DNA of 64,000 nucleotides from Synechococcales cyanobacterium GL140_1_metabat_312 (lineage in GTDB: Bacteria; Cyanobacteriota; Cyanobacteriia; Leptolyngbyales; Leptolyngbyaceae). Every line of letters begins with the position of its first letter. Position 1 is the first letter of the stretch. The notes under the pieces were generated by a model that was not told the origin of the DNA, made no database searches, and saw nothing but the letters and a program-made list of their open reading frames with translations. The position numbers and the translations under genes are program-made. Where the stretch lies: positions 22,330-86,329 of the forward strand of contig JANXWB010000010.1 of assembly GCA_025351345.1 (NCBI GenBank), read 5' to 3'. Shown piece after piece: positions 26,129 through 34,748 of the stretch.

Positions 26129-26584
26129 ATGACTGATTTGAGCGGAAACCTAACGATCGTCCTATTGGTGTTGGGGCTAGTCACATTGACGGGCGTAGGA
26201 TCAATGATTTGGGCGTACCAAGGCGGCGGCAGCGTTGCGGTGTTGTTTTTAGAGGTGATTCCGCCACCACTAACATTAGAAGAGTCGAGTCGCCGATCGT
26301 TTGAAACGGGAGTTCGTGACTATTGCAGTGGTGATTACAAACGTGCAATCACGGCATTCAGTCAAGTCATTAAGCGATCGCCCGATTGCCCTGAAGCACA
26401 CCACAACTACGCCCTAGCGATGGCCAATCAGCGCCAAGACGATAAAGCAACCGCTGCATTTTTGACGACCGCAGATTTGTATGTAAAGCAGGACGATCGG
26501 GCCGGGGTCGATCTCGTGAAGAGTCATTTAATTGCACTGCGTCAACGAAAGCGCGATCGTGAGGCCCGATCGACTAGATTTTGA
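26129..26584 (+). CDS. Membrane-anchored TPR-like protein
   Basis: N-terminal TM helix (LTIVLLVLGLVTLTGVGSMIW), then TPR-like GDYKRAITAFSQVIKRSPDCPEAHHNYALAM. Confidence 0.6.
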   Translation: MTDLSGNLTIVLLVLGLVTLTGVGSMIWAYQGGGSVAVLFLEVIPPPLTLEESSRRSFETGVRDYCSGDYKRAITAFSQVIKRSPDCPEAHHNYALAMANQRQDDKATAAFLTTADLYVKQDDRAGVDLVKSHLIALRQRKRDREARSTRF

Positions 26585-26770
26585 AGATTATTACCAACGG
26601 TAAAGAAGGCAATACTGTCAAAATCAAAAGCATTAGTCTGCAATCCACCATTAAATAAACCGATCGAGGTCTTGTGTTCACGCCAGAATATTAATTACTG
26701 TTTGTGCATCGCCCTCTAGAACTCAGCCTAAACCCAGACGATTTGTAATAACAACACCCCCAACGCAAGC

Positions 26771-27262
26771 CTAAGAATTCCACCAATCTGGCGGGAAACT
26801 CGATCGGTCTTCTTCAATCTTAGCTTCAGTCGGCTTAATAGACCGATCGCCGCATTCTGTCTGCATTGCGTCTGGGCCATAGGGATACATTCCACACACT
26901 AATTGAGTGCCGCCATAACTTTGGCCATGATAGTTTTCGCAATTTTCACAAAGCATATGACGCGGCATAGACGAAGTGGGAGAATTAAAATCCTCAATGG
27001 ACAAATCAATAAACGGACGTAGCAATGAGTTGAGTAATTCTTCTAAATCACGATCGAGGAAATTCGTTATGGGCGTTGGCATTTCAAACTCCTGACCAAT
27101 CGTATTCGTCACATCGCCCACAAAATCATCAGACAATTCCATAAACCGATCCACAAACCGATCGATTGCACCCACCGCATCCCGAGAGATTTCGTCCACC
27201 AACGCTTCCACGTCTTGGGTAAATCCACCGATCGCATCCCGTAGTTCTGTTTGCCAATTCAT
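26771..27262 (-). CDS. Hypothetical acidic protein with C-terminal four-Cys motif
   Basis: 163 aa with CENCENYHG...VCGMYPYGPDAMQTECGD (CxxC-x17-C-x13-C). It is on the same strand as, and 127 nt downstream of, the kai-adjacent kinase. Confidence 0.55.
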   Translation of the reverse strand: MNWQTELRDAIGGFTQDVEALVDEISRDAVGAIDRFVDRFMELSDDFVGDVTNTIGQEFEMPTPITNFLDRDLEELLNSLLRPFIDLSIEDFNSPTSSMPRHMLCENCENYHGQSYGGTQLVCGMYPYGPDAMQTECGDRSIKPTEAKIEEDRSSFPPDWWNS

Positions 27263-27389
27263 ATGCCCATTGCCTCATGAAGAGATTGGATCATCCGATA
27301 CAGTCAGAATTGTTACGCTGAGGATTCTAACTATCAGAATTCTATCAACGAAGATACTGGCATTTTCATGTCTTTAGAGTCCTAAGTCT

Positions 27390-29912
27390 TCAAACCCCTA
27401 AACAGTGCTGAATTTTTTGCAACACTAATGTCATATCTTTAGGCTGCTCAATTACCGGATAAGGCAACGTTACCGGATCTAGATGGCCTGCCGATCGATA
27501 GTCTAAGATCAACACAGCGGGCGGCGTTTCCAAATCTGTCAGAGCAGCCAAGCCGTCCTGAAGCGATATCTCAGAGGTGCCATCTTGCCAATAGACCAAA
27601 AGCAAATCAACTCCTTGCGATCGCAATCGGTGAACCATCTCTCGGTGCTCACCCACAAGTCGTCCCCGTAATCCTGCGGTCTGAAGATACTGCATCAACG
27701 CTTGAAGCCATTCCGATGACTTAGAGGACTTAGACGTTTCAACATCAGACCACTGGGCACTGTCCACCATCAATACCGATGGCCGACCACCAAATCCGAT
27801 CGCCACATTAATCGTCTGCAACACCGCCGTTGGCACTTGGGCAAATTGGGGGCAGGGAAACACCGCTAACCCAGAAATCTGCTGACCAGCTTGGGAAAGC
27901 ACTGGATCTAGGGTGACGATCGGTAACGAAGCTAAATAAGTTTGCTGCATAATTTGATTGAGTACCATGGAAGGTCGAGACTGTGCACCAACCAAAATCA
28001 CCGCATTCGGTTTCCAGACCCGCGCCAACATTTCGGCTTGCTCTGCGTCATAGGCCTCAATCACTTGGTAATGATTAGCTTGCAAAATCGGGGTTAGACT
28101 CTGCTCACTGACCATTTCCCTGGAGTAATGTTCAGGTTGGAGTTCTTGAAGATACAAGCACAACAGGGTCCGAGACGGAGGGCGCACTTCCAAAGGCTGG
28201 GTTTCGGGGACAGTCGTGACGCGTTCTAACATCAACATCAACGATCGTGGCGAAATCGGAATTCGCAAAAATCCGTCCGCAGAGGCTCCATAAGCTCGCT
28301 GTTGTTCCGATCGGGTCGCTGTCACCACCAACGGAATATGACGGGTGGCGCTATCAGACTTCAAGAGTGTCAACACATCCCAACCCGATAACATGGGTAA
28401 AAATGGATTGATCAAAATCGCACAGGGCTGAAGTTTGCGGGCTTTTTCTAGGGCTTCTGTTCCGGACCGGGCAATGGCAACTCGGTAATCTAGTTCCGTG
28501 AGTTGCTCCGTTAAATCTTCTAAATTTCTCAAACTCGACTCCACCACCAACACCATGCGATTCGGGTGAGTCGGCGTAGGGGGACGAGAGACCAAATTGC
28601 GCGTGGGTTCAAAGGCTGCGATCGGTGGCGTGGGGGGCAATAGCAAGGTAAATTCACTCCCCTTCCCCGGACGCGAGCTAAAGGTAACATCGCCGCCATG
28701 AAGCCGTGCCAACCGCTGGGTCAACACCAACCCCAGCCCCGTCCCCTCAAACTGACGCGTCATGGGATTTTCGAGCTGCTGAAATTTCTGAAAAATTAAA
28801 TGTTGCTTATCCGCCGGAATCCCAATGCCTGTATCCCACACGGTGAAGGCCACCCAACCCTCCCAACGACTCACCCGCAGTCCAGCCATTCCCTCACTGC
28901 TGGTAAATTTCAGGGCATTGGAAATTAAATGACGTAACATCTGCTGAAGACGCGTCGGATCCGCCACCAAAGATTCGAGACCTGGTTCGATGGTCATCGT
29001 AAAGCTAGGCCAGGGCTGCTCAGCGGCATCAGGTACAGCATCGGGAGAATGATGCTGAACTTGATCGAGGGCTTTGCGGCAAACTTGGGCTAGGTCCACC
29101 GAACTAGGATGTAGGTCTAGATGCCCGGTTTCCATGCGGGTAAAGTCAAGAATGTCGTTGACAATACTAATGAGCTGTTTGCCGCTACGATGGATCAACT
29201 GGGCATAGCGCCGCTGCCGATCGCTCAACTCGCCCATCATTGGATCTTGCAGCAGCTTCGACAATCCCAACAACGCGGTTAAAGGCGATCGTAATTCATG
29301 ACTCACACAGGCCAAAAATTCATCTTTTAACTGATTGACTTGCAGCATCTCCGCATCGATCGCAATCTCACGCTTGGGAATTTGAGAGGACGGATGATTA
29401 AGTAAAGGAAGCGCTACGCCTGGAGCCAAATTATTCAGATCACGTTCTGACGACAGAGGCACTTCTGTCACATCTTCTAACCACATCATCCATGAAGGAC
29501 TCTCGGGCGAGATCGGCTGCCAAGTCACCTGAATCTGCCGTGACTCTCCCCGTTTCGTCTGCCAAGCCTGCACAGAAGTCTCGGGGCCAACCGATCCCGC
29601 CCCAAGCAAATGATCCAAACTCTCAACCGAACACGCATCCACAAATTCACCCATAAATTTAGACCAAGCAGGGTTGGGATAAGTCCGATCGGGTGAATCT
29701 CTGTACAACAGTAGGGACGGCAAAGGCAATGCTTCTAGTAACCGCACCAGAGTTAGCTCTGGCCAGTCACCAGAGTAAAAAACAGGGTTCATAGCGCGCA
29801 GGGGACCGTGGGACGGATGAGTATAAGTAAGAATCAGATATAAATCGAGTAAAGGGTCTGAGAAACTATTATGGCGATGTTTCATCTCTATTTCAAAAAC
29901 CGTTATGATCAC
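27390..29912 (-). CDS. Hybrid sensor histidine kinase with an Asp-less receiver and two further receiver-like modules
   Basis: H-box SHELRSPL (His205), N-box LISNALKFT, G1 DTGIGIP and G2 GTGLGL. REC-like residues 452-565 carry ES instead of DD and Asn502 in AILINPFLPMLSG where the phospho-Asp belongs. The start may be the Met at 29792 (MNPVFYSG). Confidence 0.85.
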   Translation of the reverse strand: MIITVFEIEMKHRHNSFSDPLLDLYLILTYTHPSHGPLRAMNPVFYSGDWPELTLVRLLEALPLPSLLLYRDSPDRTYPNPAWSKFMGEFVDACSVESLDHLLGAGSVGPETSVQAWQTKRGESRQIQVTWQPISPESPSWMMWLEDVTEVPLSSERDLNNLAPGVALPLLNHPSSQIPKREIAIDAEMLQVNQLKDEFLACVSHELRSPLTALLGLSKLLQDPMMGELSDRQRRYAQLIHRSGKQLISIVNDILDFTRMETGHLDLHPSSVDLAQVCRKALDQVQHHSPDAVPDAAEQPWPSFTMTIEPGLESLVADPTRLQQMLRHLISNALKFTSSEGMAGLRVSRWEGWVAFTVWDTGIGIPADKQHLIFQKFQQLENPMTRQFEGTGLGLVLTQRLARLHGGDVTFSSRPGKGSEFTLLLPPTPPIAAFEPTRNLVSRPPTPTHPNRMVLVVESSLRNLEDLTEQLTELDYRVAIARSGTEALEKARKLQPCAILINPFLPMLSGWDVLTLLKSDSATRHIPLVVTATRSEQQRAYGASADGFLRIPISPRSLMLMLERVTTVPETQPLEVRPPSRTLLCLYLQELQPEHYSREMVSEQSLTPILQANHYQVIEAYDAEQAEMLARVWKPNAVILVGAQSRPSMVLNQIMQQTYLASLPIVTLDPVLSQAGQQISGLAVFPCPQFAQVPTAVLQTINVAIGFGGRPSVLMVDSAQWSDVETSKSSKSSEWLQALMQYLQTAGLRGRLVGEHREMVHRLRSQGVDLLLVYWQDGTSEISLQDGLAALTDLETPPAVLILDYRSAGHLDPVTLPYPVIEQPKDMTLVLQKIQHCLGV

Positions 29913-29962
29913 TTCAGACTTAAGATATTGAATACAGATATTAAAAAAAAGTTAATTTTATT

Positions 29963-30892
29963 GTGACTGATCCCCTTTCTGCATCCTATACTCCCGAGGC
30001 TAAGCTCTCCGTATGTTGTTTTTTAGCGGGACGATCGTACTGGGATCTCTTAACTGATTTTTTGCCCCTAGCCAGTTACACTCTCATTCAACCTCAATCC
30101 CAGGCCGAACTCCTCCGAATTTTAGAAAAGAACGCTCAACAAATTGATTGCCTCGTACTTCAGGAAAGTCCAGCCCTAGGTGGTCTCATCCGTTGGCTCA
30201 GTGAACATGTCACCCTATTGCCAACCGTCATTCTCCAAGACAAAGCTTCCAAAGTCCCGACCATTCTGTACCACAGAGCTGAAATTCGCCTGACCTTCGA
30301 TCGACTTGACACCGTTGCAATAGCGCTGAATGAAGCGATCGAAGCCTTTCTCCATCTCTCCCCAACCGGAATCTTAGCCGAGACCGATCTGACGGATGAG
30401 CTAGGAGCAGAAATGGGGGGTTATTTGCCGGAAAATGCCGAAATTAAAAATGCCCAAGCCTCCCTAATCCACAAACAACAAAGACTCACAGAAAAACTAA
30501 AGGAACGCCTCGGCTATCTCGGGGTCTACTACAAACGCAACTCGAAAGCCTACCTACGGAACCTTCCTCCAGAGGAACAAGGGGAGGTTTTGGAAGAACT
30601 CAAAACAGAGTATCGCGGTATTGTATTGGGATATTTCAATACAGACGGAGATATTAATCAGAAGATTGATGCCTATATCGATATGGCCTTCTTTGCCGAT
30701 CTCCCCGTATCCCAAGTGGTGGAAATACACATGGACGTGATGGATGAATTTGTGAAGCAGCTAAAATTGGAAGGCCGTAGTGAAGACATCGTTCTAGATT
30801 ATCGGTTGACTCTCATCGACACCCTGGCGCACCTGTGTGAAATGTATCGTCGATCGATTCCCAAGGAATCCCCCAATCCCGCGTTCCTGTAG
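29963..30892 (+). CDS. kaiA: Circadian clock protein KaiA (full length, GTG start)
   Basis: The C-terminal domain is nearly identical to S. elongatus KaiA as I recall it ([69 protein letters not shown]). The N-terminal part is a pseudo-receiver (LSVCCFLAG...[10 protein letters not shown]). Confidence 0.95.
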   Translation: MTDPLSASYTPEAKLSVCCFLAGRSYWDLLTDFLPLASYTLIQPQSQAELLRILEKNAQQIDCLVLQESPALGGLIRWLSEHVTLLPTVILQDKASKVPTILYHRAEIRLTFDRLDTVAIALNEAIEAFLHLSPTGILAETDLTDELGAEMGGYLPENAEIKNAQASLIHKQQRLTEKLKERLGYLGVYYKRNSKAYLRNLPPEEQGEVLEELKTEYRGIVLGYFNTDGDINQKIDAYIDMAFFADLPVSQVVEIHMDVMDEFVKQLKLEGRSEDIVLDYRLTLIDTLAHLCEMYRRSIPKESPNPAFL

Positions 30893-30915
30893 AGATCATT
30901 CATGAGAGACCATTC

Positions 30916-31242
30916 ATGCAAAACACTCGAAAAGTTTACGTTCTCAAGCTCTACGTAGCCGGAAACACACCCAATTCACTTCACGCTCTCAAGACCCTAA
31001 ACGAAATTTTGGAACAGGAATTTCAAGGTGTGTATGCTCTGAAAGTTATTGATGTTCTTAAAAATCCTCAACTGGCAGAAGAAGATAAAATTCTGGCCAC
31101 TCCCACACTCGCCAAAATATTGCCCCCACCAGTACGACGGATCATTGGCGATCTGAGCGATCGTGAACGAGTTCTAATTGGATTAGACTTACTTTATGAA
31201 GAGCTTCAAGACGATCAAAATAAAGCTTGGGAAGATCAATAA
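30916..31242 (+). CDS. kaiB: Circadian clock protein KaiB
   Basis: [14 protein letters not shown]...[47 protein letters not shown]. Confidence 0.95.
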   Translation: MQNTRKVYVLKLYVAGNTPNSLHALKTLNEILEQEFQGVYALKVIDVLKNPQLAEEDKILATPTLAKILPPPVRRIIGDLSDRERVLIGLDLLYEELQDDQNKAWEDQ

Positions 31243-31272
31243 TCATCGTGAAATTCATCCTTAATTAACAAT

Positions 31273-31301
31273 TAACAGGGATGAAGATAACAGGGATGAA
31301 G
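31273..31301 (+). repeat. Direct 14-mer repeat in the kaiB-kaiC spacer
   Basis: TAACAGGGATGAAG occurs at 31273-31286 and at 31288-31301. Each copy is complementary to ttcatcc at 31254-31260. Confidence 0.6.
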
Positions 31302-31454
31302 GCGATCGAAAAATGTTATTAAACGAGGTAAAACAGCCTCAAAGGAGAGGAATTTATAACTAGACCTTCCTCAGTATTAAACAGTGGTAAGGTTTGTAGA
31401 ATATAGCGCCGCAACCATTACCAATATAATTTAGCGAAAAGAACTATAAGTTTT

Positions 31455-33002
31455 ATGGAACCGACTTCTCAATCCGGATCGAAGAAAAACCTTGAATCAT
31501 TAGGAGTCCAAAAAATAAGTACGATGATCGAGGGCTTCGATGACATCAGCCATGGTGGGTTCCCCATTGGCCGAACCAGTCTTGTGAGCGGCACATCGGG
31601 GACGGGGAAAACTCTGCTCGCCATGCAATTCTTATACAACGGCATTCAGCATTTTGATGATTCGGGCGTATTTGTCACCTTTGAGGAGACCGCCAGCGAC
31701 ATTATTAAAAATGCAGTTAGTTTTGGTTGGGACTTGCAGAAACTAATTGATGAAGGCAAGCTCTTTATTCTGGACGCATCCCCGGACCCTGAAGGCCAGG
31801 AAGTCGTTGGCAATTTTGATTTTTCAGCCTTAATCGAGCGAATTCAGTACGCTATCCGCAAATACAGAGCTAAACGAGTGTCAATAGATTCCGTCACGGC
31901 CCTGTTTCAACAATATGACTCCGCTTCGCTGGTCCGTCGTGAAATTTTAAGATTAGTCTCCCGGTTGAAGCATCTGGGCGTTACGACCATCATCACCACA
32001 GAGCGCACCGAAGAATACGGTCAAGTTGCTCGCTTTGGGGTCGAAGAATTTGTGGCGGATAATGTGGTGATTGTGCGGAACGTGCTGGAGGGTGAACGCC
32101 GTCGTCGAACTATTGAAATCCTAAAATTACGCGGCACCACCCATATGAAGGGCGAATATCCCTTCACCATCACCACCAACGGCATGAATATCTTCCCGTT
32201 GGGAGCCATGCGCCTCACCCAGAAATCCTCCAATATTCGCGTATCGTCTGGTGTTAAAACCCTAGATACGATGTGTGGGGGCGGTTTCTTCAAGGACTCA
32301 ATTATTCTAGCGACGGGAGCAACCGGAACCGGGAAAACCTTGTTGGTTAGCAAGTTCATTCAACAGGGCTGCATACAGGGTGAACGGGCAATTCTGTTTG
32401 CTTATGAAGAATCTCGCGCCCAGCTTTCCCGCAACGCTAGTTCTTGGGGGACTGATTTTGAGGACTTTGAACGACGGGGTCTCTTGAAAATTATTTGTGC
32501 CTATCCGGAGTCTGCGGGTTTGGAAGATCATTTGCAAATGATTAAGTCAGAGATTGCAGAATTTAAGCCAACACGGATTGCGATCGATTCTCTGTCAGCC
32601 TTAGCGCGAGGAGTAAGTAATAATTCCTTCCGCCAGTTTGTGATTGGGGTGACAGGCTTTGCAAAACAAGAAGAAATTACAGGGTTCTTTACTAACACAA
32701 CGGATCAGTTCATGGGATCTCATTCCATCACTGACTCTCAGATTTCTACCATTACCGACACTATTTTGATGTTGCAATACGTCGAAATTCGAGGTGAGAT
32801 GTCGCGGGCATTGAATGTGTTTAAAATGCGCGGTTCGGCTCACGATAAAGGAATTCGGGAATATATTATCAGTAGCAAGGGACCCGAAATTAAAGAGTCT
32901 TTCCGAAATTTTGAAGGCATTATCAGCGGATCTCCATCACGGGTCGCGATCGATGAAAAAATGGATCTTGGACGAATTGCAAAGGGTTTAAAGTCTGAAT
33001 AG
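31455..33002 (+). CDS. kaiC: Circadian clock ATPase/autokinase KaiC
   Basis: Two RecA-like halves with Walker A GTSGTGKT and GATGTGKT. The phosphosite context is SQISTITDTILMLQYVEIRGEMSRALNVFKMRGS. Confidence 0.97.
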   Translation: MEPTSQSGSKKNLESLGVQKISTMIEGFDDISHGGFPIGRTSLVSGTSGTGKTLLAMQFLYNGIQHFDDSGVFVTFEETASDIIKNAVSFGWDLQKLIDEGKLFILDASPDPEGQEVVGNFDFSALIERIQYAIRKYRAKRVSIDSVTALFQQYDSASLVRREILRLVSRLKHLGVTTIITTERTEEYGQVARFGVEEFVADNVVIVRNVLEGERRRRTIEILKLRGTTHMKGEYPFTITTNGMNIFPLGAMRLTQKSSNIRVSSGVKTLDTMCGGGFFKDSIILATGATGTGKTLLVSKFIQQGCIQGERAILFAYEESRAQLSRNASSWGTDFEDFERRGLLKIICAYPESAGLEDHLQMIKSEIAEFKPTRIAIDSLSALARGVSNNSFRQFVIGVTGFAKQEEITGFFTNTTDQFMGSHSITDSQISTITDTILMLQYVEIRGEMSRALNVFKMRGSAHDKGIREYIISSKGPEIKESFRNFEGIISGSPSRVAIDEKMDLGRIAKGLKSE

Positions 33003-33071
33003 CTTAACCAATTATTCCGTATCAGAGATTATTGAATAGTTGTTATGTAGGATACAGTTTGATGAGGTGTT

Positions 33072-34079
33072 TTGACTGATGATCGCCCTATGACATCAAT
33101 GCTGTTCCCAGTCACCTATTCGACACTTTCCTGCGGAGCTTTAACTCAGCAGTTACTTTCTCAATACGAGATTGGGGTAGTCTTGAGCTGTGAGTTTTGG
33201 CGACGGGGATTGAGTGATGTGTACTTGGTAGGGACCCAGACCGGGCAGTATGTGTTGCGGGTCTCCCATGCCCATTGGCGATCGGAGTGTGAAGTTGCGT
33301 TTGAGTTAGAGTTGCTGGAGTTTTTGAACCAGACGGATATTCCGGTGGCCTATCCGTTGCGGACGGTGAAGGGCGAGTTATGGATTTCGATTCAGGCTCC
33401 GGAAGGCAATCGGTATGCCGCTTTATTTATCTATGCGCCGGGTTGTATTGCGATCGGTGATTTAAATGTGAGTCAAAGCAATATTTTGGGTAAAACTGTT
33501 GCGGAGTTACATCAGGTTACACCCAAGTTTGAGAGTCAGTTTTCTCGGTCTGATTTGACGTTGGATTTTTTACTTTCGCAATCAATGCAGACTATTCTGC
33601 CGTTCATGTCGGAACATCACGATGACCGCTCTAATTTGATCCACACGGCTGATCAGTTGATGGCAGAATTGGAAAAACATCCGATCGACTTTCCCTATTG
33701 GGGCATGTGTTGGGGCGATCCCCATAGTGGCAATGTCCATTTTACGCAGGACGATCGGCTAACGATGTTTGATTTTGATCAGTGTGGCTATGGGTGGCGA
33801 GCCTTTGATGTGGCGAAGTTTTTTCAAGTTGCCATACGAGGCGGCGTTAGTATTCAGGTCCGGTCAGCATTTTTGGCAGGCTATCAAGCGGTGTCTCCCT
33901 TGGAGAGTTGGGAGTTGGAGAGTTTAAAGGCATTTACTCAGGTGTCTCACATTTGGTCTTGGGCGATTGCGTTGACCCATGCTAAAGTTCATGATTACTG
34001 TAAGTTGGATTATTACTTTTTCAATTGTCGCCTTGAGCATTTAAAACGGCTCCGATCGCCGGATTGTCATCTTTATTAG
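33072..34079 (+). CDS. Aminoglycoside-phosphotransferase-fold kinase (APH / homoserine kinase II-like)
   Basis: Catalytic loop GDPHSGNVHF and DFD (MFDFDQCGYG). The listed start is TTG. An ATG lies at 33090. Confidence 0.75.
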   Translation: MTDDRPMTSMLFPVTYSTLSCGALTQQLLSQYEIGVVLSCEFWRRGLSDVYLVGTQTGQYVLRVSHAHWRSECEVAFELELLEFLNQTDIPVAYPLRTVKGELWISIQAPEGNRYAALFIYAPGCIAIGDLNVSQSNILGKTVAELHQVTPKFESQFSRSDLTLDFLLSQSMQTILPFMSEHHDDRSNLIHTADQLMAELEKHPIDFPYWGMCWGDPHSGNVHFTQDDRLTMFDFDQCGYGWRAFDVAKFFQVAIRGGVSIQVRSAFLAGYQAVSPLESWELESLKAFTQVSHIWSWAIALTHAKVHDYCKLDYYFFNCRLEHLKRLRSPDCHLY

Positions 34080-34175
34080 ATGCTTGATGGCGGGTTCGAT
34101 CGGGTGAATAACTTTAGGTGGGAATGGGGGAGATAAACAGCAACAGGTAATCAGTCATTATGAGTATCAATAGGG

Positions 34176-34415
34176 TCAAGATTGATTTAAAAGCTCTTTT
34201 ATTTTCTTATCATTGTAAGAGACCTTGATCCCTGAAACTACCACTGCGCCTTGTGTTGTTAACAGCCTAAACACTTCTACTGCTGCTACTTCAGGAGAAT
34301 CTTTAAATTTACTTTTAATGCTATTGAGTAACGCAAAAAAGCAAATACCAAAATCTGCCGCATTTTTACCACCATTTATCATCTTAAAAATTTTCAACTT
34401 ATTTGAACTCACCAT
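34176..34415 (-). CDS. Orphan hypothetical ORF in an AT-rich spacer (weak call)
   Basis: 79 aa with no family match I can recognise. It overlaps an equally long opposite-strand ORF (34225..34470). It is kept only because the 669-nt spacer is otherwise empty. Confidence 0.2.
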   Translation of the reverse strand: MVSSNKLKIFKMINGGKNAADFGICFFALLNSIKSKFKDSPEVAAVEVFRLLTTQGAVVVSGIKVSYNDKKIKELLNQS

Positions 34416-34687
34416 TTTACTTAGTGGGACGAGCCAGTCAAGAGGTACTTTGGCCCCCGTCTACGCGTAACAAATTACAACTTGTGAGAATTGCTCTAAG
34501 CTTTTTTATAGGTGATAAATTTGGTCGGGACAATTTTCTAAGTCAATCAACAGTACTCTGCTCACATCATCACTTTTTCTAGTACCTTGATCGGCCTCAA
34601 ACATAATTTTTATAGTATTTGTTTGTACTAGGATACAAAATATATGAGTTCAGTATAGGCCAATATTTTAAATAAAAATTTACTAAC

Positions 34688-34726
34688 AAAAAGCCGATCG
34701 CCCCAAATAAAGAACGATCGGCTTTT
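34688..34726 (-). terminator. Intrinsic (potentially bidirectional) terminator after ndhF
   Basis: The minus strand reads aaaagccgatcg-N14-cgatcggcttttt. This is a 12-bp stem followed by a T tract, starting 22 nt after the ndhF stop. Confidence 0.7.
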
Positions 34727-34748
34727 CAATTAATCAATCACATTTCAA

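Noticed and set aside
31281-31322. A 13-codon ORF (MKITGMKAIEKCY) in the kaiB-kaiC spacer, considered as a leader peptide.
   Set aside because: It has no SD, is extremely short, and is generated by the direct repeat itself. There is no basis for calling it coding.
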